Assembly: GCF_046119375.1 (NCBI RefSeq)
Contig: NW_027362763.1
Location: 576,662,001 to 576,726,000 of the forward strand
Source of the DNA: Phyllobates terribilis
Lineage: Eukaryota
DNA length: 64,000 bases
Reading direction: 5' to 3'
Of this stretch, positions 61,601-64,000 are shown piece after piece. Each line of letters starts with the position of its first letter. The first letter of the stretch is position 1. The notes beneath the pieces were generated by a model. It had not been told where the DNA came from. It saw only the letters and a program-made list of their open reading frames with translations, and ran no database searches. A program made the position numbers and the translations under genes.

Positions 61601-61804
61601 ATGTAAGTTCTCTGGCTTATATGGCTGAGACGGATCAGGACGGAATGATGTGGCATGAGGGTTAAGTTGTGGTTTAGTCTCTATAGGGTCTGCTGGCTGC
61701 GGCCTAAATTGTGGGTAAGTGCTGGAAATTACTTTGTCAGCAGTAGGTGGCGACATTTCTTGGCTTACGAGTGCATCCGTGTGGTGGATTGGAGGTGGCG
61801 CTGG

Positions 61805-64000
61805 TGACGCGCCCCTGGGCCTGAGTCGCGCAGCGTTGCGCACGCGGGAGCCTACCCGGAGCCGGATCTGATAGGGGTAGTAGTCTCGTGGCGGTGACCC
61901 GGTCCGTGCCCAGGGAGTCAGACTAAGTGGCGGTCTATTAGCAGTAGATGTAGGATGACTACGCCACCCGTTGAATGCAGCTATGGAGCTGCCGCTGCAG
62001 GGCAGACCGCTGAGGCCGGTGGAAGGATGGTGCAGCGTGGATGGTATAACCCCCAACGGGAGGGGTATGGCCTCAGGGCAGCCGACGTGGATGATGGGGG
62101 TAGCAGGAACCACTCAGAGACGATGCGGTGTAGTTCAGGGTCTTTACTGGTGACAAAGATAGACCCTCCCGGAGTACTTGCTAGCGATCGGGGCCTGGTC
62201 AGTCCTTGAGCAGATGGGATCTCCCCTGGCCAGGCGGAGTTGTAGGCCTTCCCAACTAACTGTACTCTTCTGGCTACCTTGCTAGAGGCGGGTAAAAGTA
62301 GCCCACGTCCCTGAGTGTACCGTGTGGTGCTCACCCGTATGGCCGGTGACTCGGGGCCTTCTAATGGCTTCCGCTCCACGATGGCGGTGCTGGTCCCATG
62401 CGTGTGACCGTGCCTTCGGGTTTCTGGGCCAGAGGACCTGCAATCCCCTGCCGGTCGGTTTCTGCTGCTGGGTAAAGATTAGTCCCCACAGCCTCGGACT
62501 CCGGGTCCGGTGATAACTTCTCAGTCAGGGCGAGCTCTGCAGCTGCCAGCCCCTGACTCCTTGTAGCACTGCTCCCACAGAGCTCCTGTTGTTTCTTCCT
62601 ATGGCTGCTTCTCTTCTCTACTCTTCAACAACCCTAACCCTGCCTCAGCCCTAAGTTTATATAGGGGAAGTTCTTCCCCTCCCAGGACTGGGCAGGAGGT
62701 GTGGCATGCATAGGATTCCTGACCAAGAGACCTCCCACCTGCTCTCAGACATAATATTGCTATTATTGTGGAGACCAGACCCCTGGGGTGCCACATTCCC
62801 CCCTAGTGAAATTTAGTACTCCGGGACTAAACATATTTTACAAAAACATAACAGGGTATAACAACAACAATAACATACATTAAATGGTCACGGCGTGTCC
62901 GCAACCGGGTGTAACTTTTGAGGAAACAAGGGTGTCCATTTCACCAACACAGGGAGACGTAACCAGGTAGGGGTCTGTCCTGCCCCGAGTCCTTAACAGT
63001 CTTTAGTCCGTCCTGGGTTACGCTCCAACTATACACAAAGGATTCCCGGTAAATCCACCAAAGACTCCTATAAATAACTAGAAACACAAAATTATACACA
63101 AGCAATAATAAACAGGTAAACATTAACAAAACAGCTTAAACATTTAGATCCTCCACCGTACGGGCAACTGGCCTCTAGTGACCCTAGTGGACCTACGGAG
63201 CTGGCTGACTGGTCCTGAGCTACAGGGTATGGGAGCTGTCAAGGGTAAACTGGGCAGCCGTCTACGGACTCTTTGGCTCACTAGGGGTATGGCAGGCTCA
63301 CTATAAGCAGAGGGTTGATCCTCCTGATCTGCTTGTGTGGAGTCTTCTGCCTCCTGGACCGGCTGTTCTTCCAGCTCTACCGGTTGCTCCATAAGTACTG
63401 GGGATGCTGGTTGGAGGAACGTGAGGACGGGTACCACAACTGCACCATTGACTTGAGTCCAGGACCGAGGGAAGTCTCCGAGCACAGTACTAACCATATC
63501 TTCCCTTTCCTCTACGGGTCGAAGGTCTTCTTGTTCCTCTTCAGGGTTCCGTAGCTGTTCGGGACACTTCTTCAGGTGATCCCGGGATACAATGGTTGTG
63601 GTTTCCCCTCCGTCTTTACTGATGGTACAGACCTTCGGGTTGTCGTGGCTTGAGGGCAGTACGGTGTACGGGTCCTTCTCCCACTGGTCGTCCAACTTGT
63701 GGAGCCGTCTTTTCCTCTTCAAGACCTGCTCTCCGGGCACCAGGGGAACAGCGGGAGCATACTGGTTGTAAGTTTTCTCTTGTCTTTCCCTAGCTTGACA
63801 GAGACTACGCTCCACGCTCTCCTGTACTTTCCGGTACTGCTGCTGCCTCTCTGTATCCCAGTCTGCTTCTGGTGAAGTGTCCTCGGGTGTCAGGACTCCC
63901 ATCTTCAGGTCAACAGGTAGCTTACCAGGTCTTGCCCTCATCAGGTAAGCCGGGGTACAGTTGGTGGAACCTACCGGGATGTGGTTGTATAGGTCCACTA
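61805..64000 (-). mobile_element. 3' end of a Gypsy element: integrase C-terminus, PPT and 3' LTR (61805-62795); continues beyond the window
   Basis: YNHIP..STNCTPAYLM..LPVD..GEQVL..KLDDQW integrase tail (63144-63998); PPT AGGGGGGAA next to TGTGGCACCCC; interrupts BEL gag. Confidence 0.88.

Larger units (their letters stand above)
50691..61804 (-). mobile_element. BEL/Pao LTR retrotransposon (gag-PR-RT-RH), interrupted; integrase mostly missing
   Basis: Gag with triple Cys/His knuckles (60527-61790); protease AIIDEQSNRS; RT CWYLP..IRVVFDSSAK, ADIEQMF, HVFGNSPSP, FYVDDG; RNase H IFSDTS, IPRLEL, NPADLATR; PPT GATGGGGAG then a 3' LTR starting at 51061 (end near 50691 uncertain). Confidence 0.9.

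Overview
Repeat-dense vertebrate genomic DNA, most likely an anuran (inferred from the TE repertoire and kinase type). The only host gene is a minus-strand MAST-family Ser/Thr kinase-like gene. I reconstructed 14 exons (21226 to 13870) with fully consistent splice phases and intact catalytic motifs. It has no PDZ domain, an in-frame TAA in its penultimate exon, and a solo LTR inserted exactly at a splice donor. Almost everything else is nested mobile DNA, and many insertions have readable target-site duplications (TSDs). The elements include CR1, L1, Tc1, piggyBac/Harbinger/Kolobok MITEs, a DIRS/Ngaro tyrosine-recombinase element, a 12-kb hAT element, a BEL/Pao element, Penelope elements with hammerhead ribozymes, Gypsy LTRs and a 2-kb minisatellite. 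The most unusual object is a complete, pol-less LTR retroelement (29374-35456; TSD GATT, tRNA-Ser PBS). Its single long ORF ends in a Y-box-like cold-shock domain, and its LTR family carries a second conserved tRNA-Ser-complementary motif inside the LTR itself. Coordinates with TSDs or splice sites were read directly; other boundaries are approximate. No database searches were run.
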